Below the pieces are notes generated by a model that searched no databases, was not told where the DNA came from, and saw nothing but the letters and a program-made list of their open reading frames with translations. From Candidatus Adlerbacteria bacterium (lineage in GTDB: Bacteria; Patescibacteriota; Minisyncoccia; Phycocordibacterales; SBAW01), in assembly GCA_028286685.1 (NCBI GenBank), contig JAQBRA010000002.1, positions 1,073 through 65,072 of the forward strand: 64,000 bases of DNA, given 5' to 3'. Below are positions 62,378-64,000 of this stretch, one piece after another (the stretch's first letter is position 1; each line of letters starts with the position of its first letter). A program made the position numbers and the translations under genes.

Positions 62378-63268
62378 TTACTGGCTTAGCAGCGCCTTAA
62401 TCCGCTGCTCTACCGGCGGATGGGTCAAAAATAGCCGGGCTAGGCCGCTCATGGCCGCCTTGGGGCCGAATGGGTTTGAGATATACAGGTGCGCTGTGGC
62501 GTTATTGGCGCGGCGCATGGGTGCCTGGTAGCCGCCGATTTTGCGCAGCGCGTTTGCCAGACCCTCCGGGTAGCGGGTTAGCAGTGCGCCCGATGCGTCT
62601 GCCAGAAACTCGCGCTTGCGCGATATCGCAAGCTGAATGAGCGTGGCGACTATGGGAGAAAGAACGATGAGCACCACCGCAACAATCATGAGTATCGGGT
62701 TTTTGTTATCGCGATCGTTGTTCCCTCCCCCAAATAGGGTCGAGCGCAAGAAAAAGTCAGAGGCCAAGGTAACAAAGCCCACCAAGACCACTGCCACGGT
62801 CGACACTAGCATGTCGCGGTTGCCGATATGCGAAAGTTCGTGCGCGATAACCCCTTCAAGCTCCGTGCGTTCCATCATGCCTAAAAGACCTGTGGTAACC
62901 GCGACAGCCGCATGCTCCTTGTTGCGGCCGGTGGCAAAAGCGTTGGGTGCCGGGTCATCAATCACATACACCTTCGGCTTGGGCAGGCCCGCCGTAATAG
63001 CCAGGTTTTCGACAATATTATTGAGCTCGGGATACTGCGCGTCGCTTGCCGGCTTGGCGCCACTCATGGCAATGACCACCTTGTCGGAGCTCCAGTAGGC
63101 CCATACGTTGGTAACAATGGAGAATACAACCGCGATAAGCAGGATCGAGGGATTATTAAAATAGTACGACAGCGCCCAGCCGATAAGCACGACCACGCCC
63201 AAGAACCCGGCCATAAGTATCCAAGTCTTGGCGATGTTTGACTCTTGATGCGTGTATAGCGTTGCCAT
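62378..63268 (-). CDS. htpX: Zinc metalloprotease HtpX (M48)
   Basis: 296 aa with 4 TM and HELSHIGNRD (HExxH). Confidence 0.9.
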   Translation of the reverse strand: MATLYTHQESNIAKTWILMAGFLGVVVLIGWALSYYFNNPSILLIAVVFSIVTNVWAYWSSDKVVIAMSGAKPASDAQYPELNNIVENLAITAGLPKPKVYVIDDPAPNAFATGRNKEHAAVAVTTGLLGMMERTELEGVIAHELSHIGNRDMLVSTVAVVLVGFVTLASDFFLRSTLFGGGNNDRDNKNPILMIVAVVLIVLSPIVATLIQLAISRKREFLADASGALLTRYPEGLANALRKIGGYQAPMRRANNATAHLYISNPFGPKAAMSGLARLFLTHPPVEQRIKALLSQ

Positions 63269-63771
63269 TAGTTTGTTTTATTGAGACGCTCCTCGACCAT
63301 CTCTATTTCATGGTCGATGCCCTGGATAAGCTCGTAGTTTTTAACCTCGCTTGCAAGCACCCAGGCAAACTCGGTTGCATCCTCGTCCAGAACAACCTCG
63401 CCACCCTCGTACTTGCAGTAAAAGCTCAGGACGATTGCCGGAACGCCGTCGGGGCGGATAAAGGTCAGGTCCAAGAGGTACTGCGCATCGGACACCTCAA
63501 TCCCCACCTCTTCCTTAATCTCGCGCTTAAGGGTGTTTTCGACCGCGCCGTACCACTGCGGACTCTCGGAGTTGGCATAGGTAGCCTCCCCGTCCATGTA
63601 GTCCTTGGTCTCAAGACCGCCGCCCGGCACCGTCCACATGTTGGGCCACGCCTTTTTAGTCGGTGCTCTCTTGGTTATAAGGTAGCGGTAGCCGTCCACG
63701 TCTTTGCGCCAAATGATACCGGTTATAGCGATCCGATGAAGATCGGAGTAGATGGGAGTGGGTACCTCCAT
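63268..63771 (-). CDS. NUDIX hydrolase
   Basis: The start is set at MEVPTPIY (ATG 63771). The Nudix box is GGGLE...REIKEEVGIEV. The upstream Ser/Arg-rich extension in the track ORF is unlikely to be real. Confidence 0.8.
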   Translation of the reverse strand: MEVPTPIYSDLHRIAITGIIWRKDVDGYRYLITKRAPTKKAWPNMWTVPGGGLETKDYMDGEATYANSESPQWYGAVENTLKREIKEEVGIEVSDAQYLLDLTFIRPDGVPAIVLSFYCKYEGGEVVLDEDATEFAWVLASEVKNYELIQGIDHEIEMVEERLNKTN

Positions 63772-63775
63772 AGAG

Positions 63776-64000
63776 TTAGAACTTAACTGCGACCGGCTGG
63801 CGGGCAGCCGCATCAATCTCGCCCAACTCGAAGAACTCGCGCGGCTCGAAGCGGAACGTGCTGGCAATGACATTGCCCGGGAAGCTTTCTACCGAAGTGT
63901 TGAGGTCGCGCACATTGGTGTTGTAGAAACGGCGCGCAGCTTGAATTTTATTTTCCGTATCCGAAAGTTCGCGCTGGAGCTCCAGGAAGTTGGTGTTGGC
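63776..64000 (-). CDS. LemA family protein, N-terminus beyond window edge
   Basis: Not in the ORF track. Reverse translation of the window end gives ...NFLELQRELSDTENKIQAARRFYNTNVRDLNTSVESFPGNVIASTFRFEPREFFEL..., which is typical LemA. Confidence 0.8.
   Translation of the reverse strand, partial: ANTNFLELQRELSDTENKIQAARRFYNTNVRDLNTSVESFPGNVIASTFRFEPREFFELGEIDAAARQPVAVKF

Overview
GC-rich bacterial chromosome fragment that looks like a streamlined Patescibacteria/CPR-type genome. Supporting traits are short IF-2 and ValRS, many membrane-anchored hypotheticals, tandem T4SS-pilin-like genes, an O-antigen-ligase+TPR fusion, SWIB and DUF192 genes and a small RNase P RNA. I support about 75 protein genes. 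Housekeeping genes include clpB, infB, rbfA, gyrA, rpsA, pth, lepB, rpsU, ybeY, ftsA, ftsZ, trxB, tsaD, valS, lepA, murJ and htpX. There is an exopolysaccharide locus (two CE4 deacetylases, a HasA/NodC-like processive GT2, a nucleotide-sugar dehydrogenase, ConA/LamG-like secreted proteins), an AT-richer tRNA-bounded islet with an SPFH operon, 11 tRNAs and RNase P RNA. Many long ORFs in the supplied track are antisense artefacts of the high GC content, and one real gene (clpB, 1..2224, minus) is absent from the track. The main discovery candidate is a conserved structured non-coding module directly 3' of three tRNA genes: Cys 6834..7001, Lys 8003..8133, Gly 53792..53961, plus a decayed remnant at 53716..53791. 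It has a 99-nt core with covarying hairpins. In the two full copies a split 18-19 nt segment is antisense to nt 54-64 and 66-73 of the host tRNA, arranged around a hairpin. Both full copies are bracketed by direct repeats that start at tRNA position 62. I cannot match it to any RNA class I know. It could be a tRNA-like or guide-like RNA, a miniature tRNA-targeting mobile element, or both. All coordinates of RNA features are hand-derived and may be off by 1-3 nt.
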